From NCBI GenBank assembly GCA_030324005.1, contig JARDVH010000115.1, forward strand, positions 15,388,675 to 15,452,674: a DNA stretch of 64,000 nt, given 5' to 3'. Every line of letters begins with the position of its first letter. Positions within the stretch are counted from its first letter, which is position 1. The DNA is from Negaprion brevirostris (Eukaryota). Position numbers and translations under genes: made by a program. Under the pieces are notes generated by a model. That model ran no database searches and had not been told where the DNA came from. It was given only the letters and a program-made list of their open reading frames with translations. Positions 11,960-24,678 of the stretch are shown in pieces.

Positions 11960-13227
11960 AAGACCTAACCCTGCTTCTATCTCTTATGTTCTTACACACA
12001 AAATCAAATAGAGGACAATAAAAATTGGATTGAGTAAAAAATAGAAAGACAACACTTTAAAATTCCTAATTAAAATCTTAAAAGTTAATTTTTAGTGTCA
12101 GAGAGGTCGATCGGCAGTATTGCCACACAATGCATTGTTGCAAAGTTTCTTAAACTTGAAATGACTTTACGACAAGGTAAACCTTTACAAATGCGGCAGC
12201 AGTCTCAGACAGGGAAAATGCAGAGTTAAACATGAGTTGCTCTGCACCATTAGCTTTACAAAAACAACATCTCACTATCTGGGCTCAACACTGAAATGCG
12301 CATGTTTAACTTGTATCTCTCATATAAATACAGGAACTTCATAGAGTTAATGGCCTGGATTCTGCAGTGGCAATGATGGCAAAACTGTTAGCGCTTCACA
12401 TGAACACAGAGAGTAATTCTGCATAAGGGCAGAATTCCATAGATATCTCGAAGTTGCTGTTCATGATTATACGTTTCTCCAGAGGGTGTGCTGTTGAGGT
12501 CCAGCCAGAATGCAATCCCTAAGCAATCAGTAAATTGATGTAAGCTTCGCTTCTATGCAATTAGTTCCACTATGAAAAAGTTGCAGTGTTGAATGAAATG
12601 TAACTAGGTTTTTAACATAATTACTGTAAAACAACTGCATGCACCCTGAAAAGCCAAGTTTATATTTGTTGAATGTCAATTTTCTGTTATGATTAAAAAA
12701 CATTTTTTATAACATCTATTTTAGTCCAATTTATTTCACTGACAGAACCTCTAAATTAGAAGTGAAGGGTAATCATTTTTTCACTTCCTGCTTTGTTGTC
12801 TGTGAGAATGCTTGAATGTGACTGGTTGCTTACCAGCATTGCTCGGCAGATCTCCTCAACATAGTGCCAGATTTAAGCTACTGACATCGGGAAATCCACG
12901 TTGGAGATTTCTACATCTTCCTGAGCAATTTTTGAGGTCAACTGAGATTTATTGCTTACGGCTGATCACAAAATGTCAGTGTTAAGTCCCGACAGCAAGG
13001 GATTTTTTTCACAGAGCTAACAGTGATGGGCAAGTCACATTTGACTGCTCATTTTTCCCTTTCCTGAAGTTGCTGTAGTATTTGAAAACATTAGCATGTA
13101 TTATGCACTTCACTCTCAACTCAGACAGAAAATTAGTCAAGTATTTTGACACAAAGGTGAAAACAGTCACCTAAAAATTTATGGTTTAAAATTATTCAAG
13201 CCAATGTTCCAAGCCCTATATTGATCA

Positions 13228-13465
13228 ATGTACCAACCAACTCAAGAACACTTCTTTCCTGCTGCTGTCAGACTTTTGAATGGGCCTACCTCGCATTAAG
13301 TTGATCTTTCTCTACACCCTAGCTATGACTGTAACACTTACATTCTGCACTTTCTCCTTCCCTTCTTCCCTATGAGCGGTTTGCTTTGTCTGTATAGCGC
13401 GTAAGAAACACTACTTTTCACTATACTGATACGTGTGACGGTAATAAATCAGATCAAATCAAATC
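13228..13465 (+). mobile_element. Rex1/Babar-like LINE 3' fragment
   Basis: Near copy of 1168-1381; ends gtgacggtaataaatcagatcaaatcaaat. Confidence 0.8.
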
Positions 13466-13844
13466 TCCCAACTTCTTTTGCTCCATTATTAATGAGCGTG
13501 TCTTCAGCCATTTGTATCCCCAGCTCTGGAATTCCCTCCATAAAACCTCCCTCAGCGTTCCCTCGAGGCATTTAGTAAAGTCCACCTCCTTTTTGTGGTG
13601 AATTTGCAATGCGTGGCTTCAGAACTGGGCTCCTGGTTGAGTTTTGGCTTCCAACCTCACCTTGCATAATGCAACGTTTGAATGCTAATGCCCTCAATGG
13701 GCGGGGAGAAACCTCGGTGACCAATCAGAAGCCACCAAGTCTGCAGGAGCTGCCAGATTGGGAGCAGCAGCCATGTCGGGAGTGGCCGCTGTCTTGCTGA
13801 GGAGAGCAGGCAACTCACAAAAGGACCAGAAGGATAAAGACAGC

Positions 13845-14008
13845 TTAAAGTGGCCATGGACGGCAGGTCATGGGACAGCGCTCACTCCGTGGTGGATGAT
13901 CCCTCAAACTACATTCGTGAATAACCTCAGCCGGTACGGGAATTGAACCCAGGCTGTTGGCGTCCCTCTGCATCACGGACTACCTGTCCAGCCAACTGAG
14001 CTAAACCA
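13845..14008 (-). mobile_element. Second tRNA-derived SINE family
   Basis: Head GGTTTAGCTCAGTTGGCTGGACAG...GGGTTCAATTCCCGTACCGGCTGAGG with A and B boxes. Confidence 0.7.
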
Positions 14009-14072
14009 ACTCTGACTCCCGAATGTTCTGGGGACGGACTCAAAACATTAACTCAGATTCTCTCTCGCTGGA

Positions 14073-14337
14073 GGGTTAGCACTGCTGTCTCACAGCGCCA
14101 GGGACCCGGGCTCGATTCCTAGCTTGGGTCACTGTCTGTGCAGAGTCTGTGCGTTCTCCCTGTGTCTCCGTGGGTTTCCTCCAGATGCTCCGGTTTCCTC
14201 TGAAAGTCATGATGTTAGGTGTGTTGGCTGTGCTAAATTCTCCCTCAGTGTAGCCGAACAGGCACCGCAGGGGGATTTTCACAGTAACTTCATTGCAGTG
14301 TTAATTGTAATCCTGCTTGTGACAATAATAAATAAAC
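14073..14337 (+). mobile_element. V-SINE, tail type B
   Basis: Ends cttgtgacaataataaataaa. Confidence 0.9.
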
Positions 14338-14876
14338 TTTAAACTCTCCATGGATGNNNNNNNNNNNNNNNNNNNNNNNNNNNNNNNNNNNNNNNNNNNN
14401 NNNNNNNNNNNNNNNNNNNNNNNNNNNNNNNNNNNNNNNNNNNNNNNNNNNNNNNNCCACCTTTAACTCTGGCCAAATTACACTTGTGTTTCTGGTGTTC
14501 ATTAGGTTGAGTGTCGATAGAACCGCACAATGGTTCTATTTTAGCTTTGCATCTGTTGAGACACCCAATCATGCCAGCAACACAGGCTCACGAGCAACTT
14601 CAGGTAACTGAATCATAATACCCCAGCGAGAGCAACCTTTCTTAATGTCTTCATTAAATCAGCATTCTTCCTTCAGCACGCTGACGTGCTCCCCTCAAAG
14701 CGTCAGTGTTTCAGTGAAACTTCCTACCCACTGTCGTTTCGGCAATCCCAGTTCCTTTCAATCAAGCCTCGTTTGAATAGAGAGAAAAAGAATTGTCCTG
14801 CATGACCCTGCTTTAAATATAAATGATTGCATGATAACATTAAGGTAGAGTGGATGGCTCCATCTTACAGCTTCAC

Positions 14877-15215
14877 GGCACGGTGGCACAATGATTAACA
14901 CTGCTGCCACGCAGCACCAGGGACACAGATTCAATTCTGGCCTTGGGTGACTGTGCGGAGTTTGCACATTCTCCCCACGTCTGCGTGGGTTTCCTCTGGG
15001 CGTTCCAGTTTCTTCCCGCAGTCCAAAGATGTGTGGGTTAGATTGATTGAGCGTGCTAGAATGCCCCTTAGTATCCCAAAATATGTAGGCTAGAGGGGTT
15101 AGTGGGGTAAATTTGTGTGGTTATGGGACAATGGTCTGGGTGGGGTGCTCTATCGGAGAGCTGGCACAGACTCAATGGGCTGAACGGCCTCCTTCTGCAC
15201 TGTAGGGATTCTATG
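14877..15215 (+). mobile_element. Full-length HE1-like V-SINE, tail A
   Basis: ggcacggtggcacaatgattaacactgctgcc...ggcctccttctgcactgtagggattctatg. Confidence 0.9.
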
Positions 15216-15954
15216 AAAAACAAGTTAACTTTAAAGTCTGAGCAACTTTATCCATCCAGTTCAGTGACGCAATCAACAAACTTGTAGGTGACCATTTAAA
15301 ATTACACATTCACTATTGTGGGTGTATGGCTTTGACACAGATCACAAGGGGACAGCAGTAGGTTTGTAGGTGGTGCAATGTGAGGGCAACTGGGAAAGAA
15401 ACTTTTGCGAAGTATTAAAAACTGTTAAAAATGTTGGATGAGAACAAAATAGTAAATATAGTGATACCTGTTACTGGGGGTAACGCAGGAAAAAGGGGAA
15501 GATTACTCAGCTCCTCAAGCCTGTCCTGCAAATGATGTATAAGCAGAACTCACCTCAATGTAACAAAAACCTGGGCATTTATATCTTTAGACCTTCAGTT
15601 TGTAATGTTTGTGCAGTTTTGTCAGAAGAAATGCTTGTGGGTCAAATGTTAAGCATTTTCTCCTTCCTCCATCCTGTACCCAAAAATCAACAAGCAATCT
15701 GTTGACGTTGTCATACTCTTAACATTCAGAAACAGATTTGTACAGTAACAACCATTCAGGAATTAAAAGTACTCCATTATAATCACTGGGGTACTAAGTT
15801 TATGTTCCAGTAATCATGCAGATTTTTCATAAATCAAGTGCTCCGGAGCGAAGTTTGCTCTCATCTGCATGTCGACGTGCCCATCTAACGCCACGCACAA
15901 AGCGTGTGCAGAGTATTTTGCTGCTCTGCCAACCAATGCTTCATGAAGCGGTGA

Positions 15955-16251
15955 TGCCACAGTGGAACACTGGTTAGCGCTGCTGCTTCACAGCACCAGG
16001 GACCTGAGTTCAATTCCCAGCTTGGGTCATTGTTTATGTGGAGTTTGCATTTCCTCCCTGTGTCTGCATGGGTTTCTTCCAGGTACTTCGTTTTCCTCCC
16101 ACAGTCCAAAAGACATGGTGGTAAGGTGCGTTGGCTATGCTAAATTCTCCCAGTGTATCCAAACAGGCGCCAGAGCATGCTGACTAGGGGATTTTCACAG
16201 TAACTTCATTGCAGTGTTAATGTAAGCCTACTTCTGACCCTAATAAATAAA
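15955..16251 (+). mobile_element. V-SINE, tail type B
   Basis: Ends gactaggggattttcacagtaacttcattgcagtgttaatgtaagcctacttctgaccctaataaataaa. Confidence 0.9.
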
Positions 16252-16991
16252 CTTCAGTGATTTCCACTGGTGCCTGATCCTGTCTGATGCATCTGGCCAG
16301 ATAATAAGAACATAAGAACATNNNNNNNNNNNNNNNNNNNNNNNNNNNNNNNNNNNNNNNNNNNNNNNNNNNNNNNNNNNNNNNNNNNNNNNNNNNNNNN
16401 NNNNNNNNNNNNNNNNNNNNNNNNNNNNNNNNNNNNNNNNNNNNNNNNNNNNNNNNNNNNNNNNNNNNNNNNNNNTTGAGGCACAAGTTGACGAAATGAT
16501 GTATTTTTACTGATGTTATCCCAGCAGAAATTCGAGCATTTGCAGAATCAGCCCTGCCCATACGAATTAGGAGTGGGCCACATGGCTCCTCACACTTGCT
16601 CACCCATTCAATAAGAACGTGGCTGATCTGAATGCAACTTCAACCCCACATTCCTGCCTTGTTGATCAAGAATCAGCCTTAAAAATATTCATGCTCAGAA
16701 AGCAGCAAGTAGGAATTAAGTTATGGAGAGTAGTTAAGTTTACTTAGTTAGGGCTGGTAAATGTTAGTAAGAGGATTTTTGGATGAGTTAGGTTCACCTA
16801 ACAAAATTCAGGTTGAATTTGGGGTTCATTCTTTATGGATATTAACAGAGTTTGTGTCCTGTTTTCCGTTAATGATGTATGCCCTCAATCAAGGTGTCAC
16901 CAGCAAAATTTGAATTGCAAAAACGTACACGCTAATTATTAAGCATCAAACCTCCTCCCAAATTTCAGGACCAAATTAAGTAACTAAGACA

Positions 16992-17073
16992 GCTGCGGAA
17001 TTTTACTGGCATGTCCACCCCAGAATCGGGACTGGCGAGGCTTGCAGAACAGCAGTCTCAGTAAAATTCCAGC
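16992..17073. mobile_element. Mini MITE-like element
   Basis: Perfect 12-bp inverted repeat ggaattttactg (16997-17008) / cagtaaaattcc (17059-17070). Confidence 0.6.
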
Positions 17074-17666
17074 AAGCATCCCCACATGCATATTCTACAC
17101 TACGTTATAGACATCTGCACTTTCACATCAGTCATGACTTGGTTGCCTAGAAGCAGCTAGACAACCAAGTTACGTCTCCCAAAATAAAATATTTTATTCG
17201 ATATAGTGTGGAGTTCACAATGAGCAGTGTAGTTCAAGCAAAATTAACTGAGCATACTTAGATGATTACGACTCACTTGCATTTGAAGTGCTAATGCATT
17301 TATCTGCACATTTTGTACAAGTTTGTAACATCCCTTCTCCTACATATATGAATTAGCAGCACATCTGGAAGTAGGTAAGCAGCAGAATAATCTTGGCAAA
17401 AAATGTATCAAGCTCACAAATACTTGTGAGACAAATATCTGGTTAATGGTTCATGTTACTGTTTCAAAGGTGATATTTAGTCCTGGGAAAATTTTTGTTG
17501 TCAGGCAAGGTAACTAAAATGCTGGGCTTTAGAGATTGCCAGAACATCTAAAAGGAATTAGCAGTTCAGAAGTTTACCCCTATCTGTTTAAGGGAATCCG
17601 AATAGGAGATAAAAACAGGTGAGATTACTTAGCTGGAGAGTGAGAGATGTTGACAGAAAACTTTCA

Positions 17667-17780
17667 GCTGGGATTCTCCAGTGAATCCGCTAAGTGGAGT
17701 TTTGGTCGGAACGCTAAATTCAAATTCTCCATTTTCACTTGCAGTGTGGCAGGCACTGACGAGATCGGAGAATCCCCCTC
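17667..17780. mobile_element. MITE-like element
   Basis: Inverted repeat gggattctcc (17670-17679) / ggagaatccc (17767-17776). Confidence 0.55.
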
Positions 17781-17819
17781 ACCCCGTGATGTCCACATTG
17801 CTTGAAATGAAGTGCATTC

Positions 17820-18746
17820 CAGAGAGATGTTTCATTTTGGGAGTTAGAGCTGAATTAGTTTAAAAGCTTTCCGTGAAGCCTGAAGGGCTACGTTGTCATG
17901 GAGATGGCTAGAGCTTAAAAAGGTGCTGCTGTTGGCAGGCTCCAGGCAGTTAGGGCTTGGAGAAGCACTGGGAGCCCTATAGTGTAGCTGTTGGTTGTGG
18001 TTTGGACCTCATTTGTTTTGCAGCTCACAGAGAAACACTGCAGGCGCTGTTAGTTGGATTCAGGCAGTTGAGTTGAGAGAAGTCCTGGGAAGTTAGGAGG
18101 CAGCAGAAAAATCACTGGTTCTGTGCCAGGTAGTTAGGACTGAGAGAATCCTTGGGACCATTTATGGCTTGATTCAGCCAGGAGAGCAGAGTTCTAAGAA
18201 CCTTCAGGCAGTGCCAACTTAGTGAAGCTAGTGGTTTGTGAAAGAGTTTTAGTTGTACCAGCAATTAAAGGCAGTTCTGCAGCTTTGCGAAGCTCACGGA
18301 GTGCAGTTTCAGGACAGATTGAACCTAGGAGATAAAATTGAGGAGGCCTGAGTCAGAGTAGCTTTTCAGACAATTCAGAAGTTAAATCTTCAGAAGTGAG
18401 AAGTTACAATCCCTTGTGAGGTAGAAAGTTTTATCAAGATTCTGTGACTCCATGGATTCTGTTTTGGTTGCATCTACCATTTTGATCAGTGTGCCTGTTA
18501 ATTCATATTGACCTTATATTACTTTCAAAAACACATGATAGACATTGTAGATTGTTTTGTTTTTCTTCTCTGTCTTTGAAAAAGATAGTTTATTTTGTTT
18601 ATTTAAGAACTTGGGAACTTGTGGATCTATTCTTCCAATGGGTAACTTTCTACTTCAAACTTTCGTCTACTTCAAGCAAAGGTCCCTAAATCAGAGTACT
18701 CGACTTAGTTGTTCCAATTTCAAAGCACTTTTGTATCAATATAACA
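17820..18746 (+). mobile_element. Possible solo LTR remnant
   Basis: G-rich first half, T-rich second half, ends tataaca; 5' boundary unclear. Confidence 0.35.
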
Positions 18747-19514
18747 ACCCACCTTCTGGTAAGGGGGGGAAGGTGTGGGGGAGATGTGAAGAGAGCAGCA
18801 AAAGATATCTTATACGCTTTTTGAAGCAAAATTGCAAACACATTCTTTGGAGGTAGGTTTTAAACTTCATTGAAAATAAATGCTGAAAGGAAATCTTCCT
18901 AGCTAGTCTTCCAAGTAAGTAGAGATTGCAGTAGAGATGATGCTTCAGTGACTAGCTACAGTTACGCTAATCTGAGTGAATGAGCAAACATCAAACAGGA
19001 GGGAAAAAAAATGACAACTTTGAACTCATCATGTTAGAACTAACCTGATCAAAATTAGAATATTTCAGGGAACCCCAAAGTACAATCGTTCATTTTAAAG
19101 TGCAGATAAAGAGATCAGCTTCTTAACAAGAATACTGCTCCTGCAACAATAAATGTTACTTCAGATTTTCATGCCTGTGCACAGAGATTAGAAACCATAC
19201 AAAATATGTGAACAAAATATCAATAAGATTAATATTCGTTTGCCAAGTCTTGGGCTACACACAGAATTTTGTATAGGAGCAGAATCAAGATTAACCCCAC
19301 GTCCTCGTCTTCACTTAATAGGAGTACCATACCGACCTTCCTTTCTTCTCTCCTGGGAGTTCAATCACTTTTAAAGTAATATGATCTCTAATGGTAGAGA
19401 AGCAAGAGGCAATAACAAGCATCTCAAGGTGAGTAATGGACGTAATGTTGAACAGTCAGAGCAAATTGGAAGCCATCACAATCAATGAATCCCAGGCTTG
19501 CAACAGTGCTGCTT

Positions 19515-20425
19515 TTAAGAGTTTAGTGATTTCAAAAACAACTTTTTTGTTGCTGGCTATCACTTTTAACAATATTGATTTATAAGCATCACACATATAA
19601 TTCTTGGTTTGGATACTTCTAAATTGGAACTTGATAATGAACAGGTTGAAATAGCAGGTGTTTCACGCTCAAGGTGTTTTAGGAAAAGCACTCAAGTTAT
19701 TTAAGCTTCCTGAGGTGGGAGACAGTGATGGTAAAGGTGGTGCAAATAGGATTGGCAACTTGTTGGACAGGGCCTCACATGGCCCTAATGGTCAATGATA
19801 CATGTGTGCGCTCAGCCATGTCAAAGGCCAGTAGATGGAAACACTATTTCATATTCTGTTTCTGCCAACATGAGGGCCAGCTGCAGATTTCTTAATTATT
19901 TCGTTTCAGGTAAATGACTAGACCAATTCTTGCTGGGTGGACAACAATGACAATGATCACTCTCCTGACAACAACAGCTACACGAGAGGTGCCAATCATG
20001 CACATGCCTGCATCCTAGACGATATGTACAGCTAACCTAAGGGTGGCAAAGGAGACTGGATAAAGGAATCCAACATGTACACCTCAAATAAGAGCACCTT
20101 AAGTTCACACACAATCAAAAAGTTGTAGTACCTATGGGACCAAATTCAGGCAATGCAAAAATGCCACCCTGAACTGACCTGGCCTGACATTGCGCTTGAT
20201 GAACCCTGAGTACAACACAATAACAGGTGCTGGTAACTGCAAGGTAATGCAAAGTAGGTTTAAAGGACAACATTGGCAAGAACTTAAGTGTTTAGTGATT
20301 TCAAAAACAACTTTTTTGTTGCTGGCTACCACTTCTAACAATATTGATTTATAAGCATCACACATATAATTCCTGGTTTGGATACTTCTAAATTGGAACT
20401 TGATAATGAACAGGTTGAAATAGCA
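19515..20425 (+). repeat. 142-bp direct repeat pair (19515-19656 and 20284-20425)
   Basis: Direct comparison: 4 mismatches in 142 bp, offset 769. Confidence 0.95.
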
Positions 20426-22247
20426 AATGTTATTAATCGATTAGGAAGTATCAATGTGAAATATTAGGATTTGTCAACATGCAGCTGTCAGAAGCCAACA
20501 GTGCCCCAACATTGTGCCACTTCTTAATGCCTGCATGATTAGAACAGGGAATACAAAGGTGTTATTCCATGACATTACCATCAGATTAGAGGTTACATAC
20601 AACCCAAGTAGAATCACCCCAGTATTAGAGGTCAATTCTAACAATTCAGGATCAATCGCTTGGGTGGAGCACAAATTGCACCAGTCGATCACAAGAATCC
20701 AGGGTAAGGAAGACCAAGGATAAAAACAAGTCCTTGCTTGGAAACATTTGGGGACGTAATGGGGGTTTATTTGGGCTACACAAATTCAGCACTAATTTCA
20801 TGGTGAATCGGAGGTGAGATGATTAGATCTCGTGGATGGCGCCAAGAATGCCAGAGGCCTGCAATTAACTACACAAGGGACAGAATAGCAGACTGGCTTT
20901 GGTCAACTTGGAACCAGAGAAAAAAAAGAACTATTGGTGACTCAGCCGACTTGCAGCCGAGAGGTTTGCACTCTTAAATTCTTAAGGCGAGGGAGAGGAA
21001 AGTATATATAACATTGAATCTCTGGGGGTGGCACAGAGTGGGATCCTATGAATGTGAGATGACACATTTCTCATGACCTTGGCTGAGTTCTGCACCAATT
21101 CAGAAAATTATGGTGTACACACGTAACACCTTAAGATTGACAGGTGGCAACTCAGCGGTGATGGTCGCAGTGGAGCCTTTCAGAAAAGCCTTCCAGACAG
21201 TCCAAACATTACTCGACCTAGTGATGTTTCCTGATAGACAAAAATACCAATCTTTATGGAGGATTGGGCTGCAAGAACAGTGGCAACTTCTGTCTTCAGA
21301 TTCCTAATTCATTAACTTGAACAGACTTCCATCTAGTGGAAAAGACTATAAGAGATATAGTTTTCAGTCCCTGCTGGAATTAAAGTTAAAGGACGGTAAC
21401 GTGCCAGGTAAGGTTGCTTGAACAGCATGAGGAAAAGCACCATCAATGGCTAAAAGCTATATCCACTGCTGTCAGCAAGCTATCACTAAGTTGAGAGTGG
21501 GGCGGGGGAGGGGGGTGCAGATGGACTTAGCCAAAAAACGAGGGATTCCATCAATAACTGTGCCGTGGACAGCTGAATGCAGTAGAATTGGTGGGAAATA
21601 GGCAGAACCTTTGTCACTTCAGTGCTCATTCTGATCATGTGTCTTTGTACTTAAGTGTTACTTTAGCGACTGTAAAAATGAAGTATTTTAAGTTGGTAAT
21701 GTTGTCAAAATGGGGTTCACACTAGTTTCATCTGCATCAGTACCACTTCCAAAGAGGAGCAAAGTCAATATGCATAGTATTTAATTCAGTGCGTCCTGTT
21801 CTGGGCCTTGGTGAACATTACCGGGATGACCATCAAAGCTGCAAAAGAACTACAAATTGACTAGGAATGCAAATAGAACCAAGGATTTGTGTGAACAATC
21901 CTGAGGGTCCAGTCAGATGGGTTGTGACCACCTGGGTTAGATGTGATATATCTAGGGGCCAGTAGAAGGGATTGATGTAGAGAATGAAGACTTAAGATTT
22001 ATACAGTGACATTTTCTCTTTGGCTATACCTTTCCCACTACAACCCTTGGCCGACACATCTGGCCTGTTTCACTAGAGATGAAGTTAGTGCAGTTGATAA
22101 GCTCGAGCCATTTGCTGTTTCCCCACATTTGAACATTTCTACGAGCTTGCCTTTGAGTGCATGATCGAATGTGCTGACCAGGGAAAGATTAAGACCACGA
22201 GGTAAAATAAAGCCAACATAAGACCAGGACGCAGCCAGCTGAATGCT

Positions 22248-22487
22248 TTTTTTTTATAAAAGAAATTTGTGGGATATGGGCATCACTGACTGGCTAGCAT
22301 GATTGCTCATCCTTGATAAGGTGGCGGTGAGCTGCTTTCTCAAATCACTGCAGTCCACGTGCTGTGAGTTAACCCAGAATGCCGTTAGGGAGGGAATTCT
22401 AGGATTTTGACCCAGTGACTGCAAAGCAAAATATATTTCCAAGTCAGGGCGGTGAGTAGCTTGGAGGGGAACTTGCAGGTGGTGATG
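22248..22487 (-). mobile_element. CR1/L2-group LINE 3' end
   Basis: Decayed SKSWNSLP...KAAHHHL-type terminus followed by an A-rich tail. Confidence 0.7.
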
Positions 22488-22784
22488 TAAATGCTTCTGT
22501 AATTACATTTTTTTAAATAAGAGACTCTGGAGTTTGAATCTCTTCCCCATATGCTTGTAATAATTTTGTGCTCAGACTCTTAGTTTTTAAAGCTTTGTGA
22601 AAACACACAACACAGTAAATAACTACCATGCAATCAGTAGACTCACTGTAGCAGTAACTCAGAACTTGGATGTCTGTGCCAGGTAATGTGCAATATAAAT
22701 TTGAGAAGAAAAAACACTATCTGCATTTGAACATGAACAAAGTAATCATCAAATAGGATACATAATATAGTATGGCCTATATAA

Positions 22785-23504
22785 AATTTTCATTGGAAGG
22801 TACTTTATTTTGTTTAAAACATGTTAGCAGTTGCTTTTTACGAACAGCTTACGAATCAAGTTATACTCTCAAATGATCAGAAATTAAGAAAAATAAATGT
22901 TTAAATATTTATATCGCTCAAGTAATGTAACAGTCAAGTTTACAATATTACATTTCTTCTTTAAAAACAACAAGTTCAAAGTAATTTCCAGGTTACACAC
23001 TGTAAGGAGGCACAATGAATTCTTCCAAATTTCACCACCACTTAAAATAACCTGCTATCCTGAGGCGCTCTAAGTCATAGCCCAATATCCTAGAAAATTG
23101 TGAGCAGGGGCAGATAATGCAAAGCGCTAGAGCCCCGGCTATTTATCCTTTTAATAAAACTTTTCTTTTACTTTCCCCTCTGAAAAACAAAAGAGGGCAT
23201 TTAACATTCGTCATGACTTGCCATTGTATATGTTGGACCGTCATGATATTGCATGTTATTAGTCTGCTTGTTTAGAAAACTGAAAGACAGCAACAACGCA
23301 CGTCTGTGTTGTGTATAAAGAGAATCAAACTTTTAATGTCTCAATTTTTACTTCAGCAACAAAGAAGCATAACACAAAACCCAGTATAAAAATGCTTAGA
23401 GATTTTCTTTCTAAAAAAACAAGACCAATTTTCAGAACAACTTCATTCTAAAGAATCAGACTTTAATAAAAAGCAGAGGACAATCATAATATGATTGTTT
23501 CTTT
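22785..23504 (-). other. VRK1: Putative VRK1 3'UTR (about 0.7 kb)
   Basis: Repeat-free AT-rich sequence between the stop codon and the first AATAAA seen on the minus strand; the 3' end is inferred. Confidence 0.55.
22804..22809 (-). terminator. Candidate polyadenylation signal AATAAA for VRK1
   Basis: Plus-strand tttatt at 22804-22809, followed on the minus strand by U/GU-rich sequence (tttgttcatgttc, gtgttttttcttc). Confidence 0.55.
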
Positions 23505-23623
23505 TTAACATTTAGTTAGATGTTTTCTTTTGCCAGGACTTGTCAAGACCGAAGGAGAAGTCTGAGTGCCTATTTCAACCATCTCTACTTTCTTCAAACT
23601 CCTTTTTGCTGCCGGCTTCTTGG
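23505..23623 (-). CDS. VRK1: VRK1 terminal coding exon (coding part, ends TAA)
   Basis: tctttctatttaaag|CC AAG AAG...TGT TAA; phase 1 fits; (A)KKPAAKRSLKKVEMVEIGTQTSPSVLTSPGKRKHLTKC*; followed by repeat-free AT-rich 3'UTR-like sequence. Confidence 0.8.
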
Positions 23624-24678
23624 CTTTAAATAGAAAGATATTAACGCCTTACTAAGGAGATAAACATGGCTGTACATTTGTCATTAACAAAGCTACCGTG
23701 CTGCTGCTCTCTCGCGCCTTGCAGCATAAAATAACTGGTGACATTGAGTTACAAAGGGGATAGGAACAGTTGGAACAAATGGAGGCACGACTAAAGTAAA
23801 AGATTGACAAATAAAATTAAACTAAGTAAACAGGAAGAAAACATTTATAGGTCATATAAAAATATAATGAATGCAAGGAGGTTGGTTTATTTATTAGCCA
23901 AGACTTTAAAACTTCAGTAAATACCAGCCCAGTGCATCAAAACAAGTGTTCGAATTTGACAAGAATACTGGCCCAGATTTTGAGACAAAATTGTCAGTAC
24001 TCTTCTGAAATTGACAGCAATTCCTGGAGTCCACACACATGCAGTTAAACTTGAAATCCANNNNNNNNNNTTTCTTCAGAGGGTGCACTATTGAGGTGCT
24101 TCCCCGCCATCAGCCAAACAGATTCAGTGAAGTGCTGAGAACATACGGTGTTTAATCTCGTTATAAAAACCCTCAACAGTTCCACTTTGTTGAATGAAGT
24201 GCCAATGGGTTTTTAATGGCATACTGAGTTCATGATTACTGCTAAAAAGCTTCACTTGCCCTGGAAAAGTACTTTTATTTCTGAGAATGTCAAGATTCTG
24301 CATCGTAAGTAATTCTATTTTTTTTTATTTCAGTACTAAAAATTTCCTCTGAAGTTTGATACTTTAGTTATACTTCAATCCCAAACATTGATGCAGTCAC
24401 CTTTGCTGAACGCACGAGGGGCCCCGTGGCTTGTGACCAAATTCAAGCTGAAGTCAGGGAAAAGGGCAAGTTACGATCTTTTGTGGGTAACTTCCTTCAA
24501 AGTCAGTGGCAAGTGCCATTGGTTCACTGCTAACCTCAAAATCCAGCCCATTATTCTTCTGCTCTTTCAATTACTTTTGTGAAAATTGGTGCAGTTCAAA
24601 GTTAAAAAAAATGAAATCCTCTTCCGTGAGTGGAAATTCTAATGGCGAGAATGAGACGTGCACTTTCTAGAACCTTAC

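Noticed and set aside
371-16183. Many 60-130 aa ORFs with recurring GHCLCGVC / DCGRKPEHPEETH peptides
   Set aside because: They are chance translations of V-SINE copies, not a gene family
21499-21515. G-rich run as a G-quadruplex
   Set aside because: Only three G tracts; weak support
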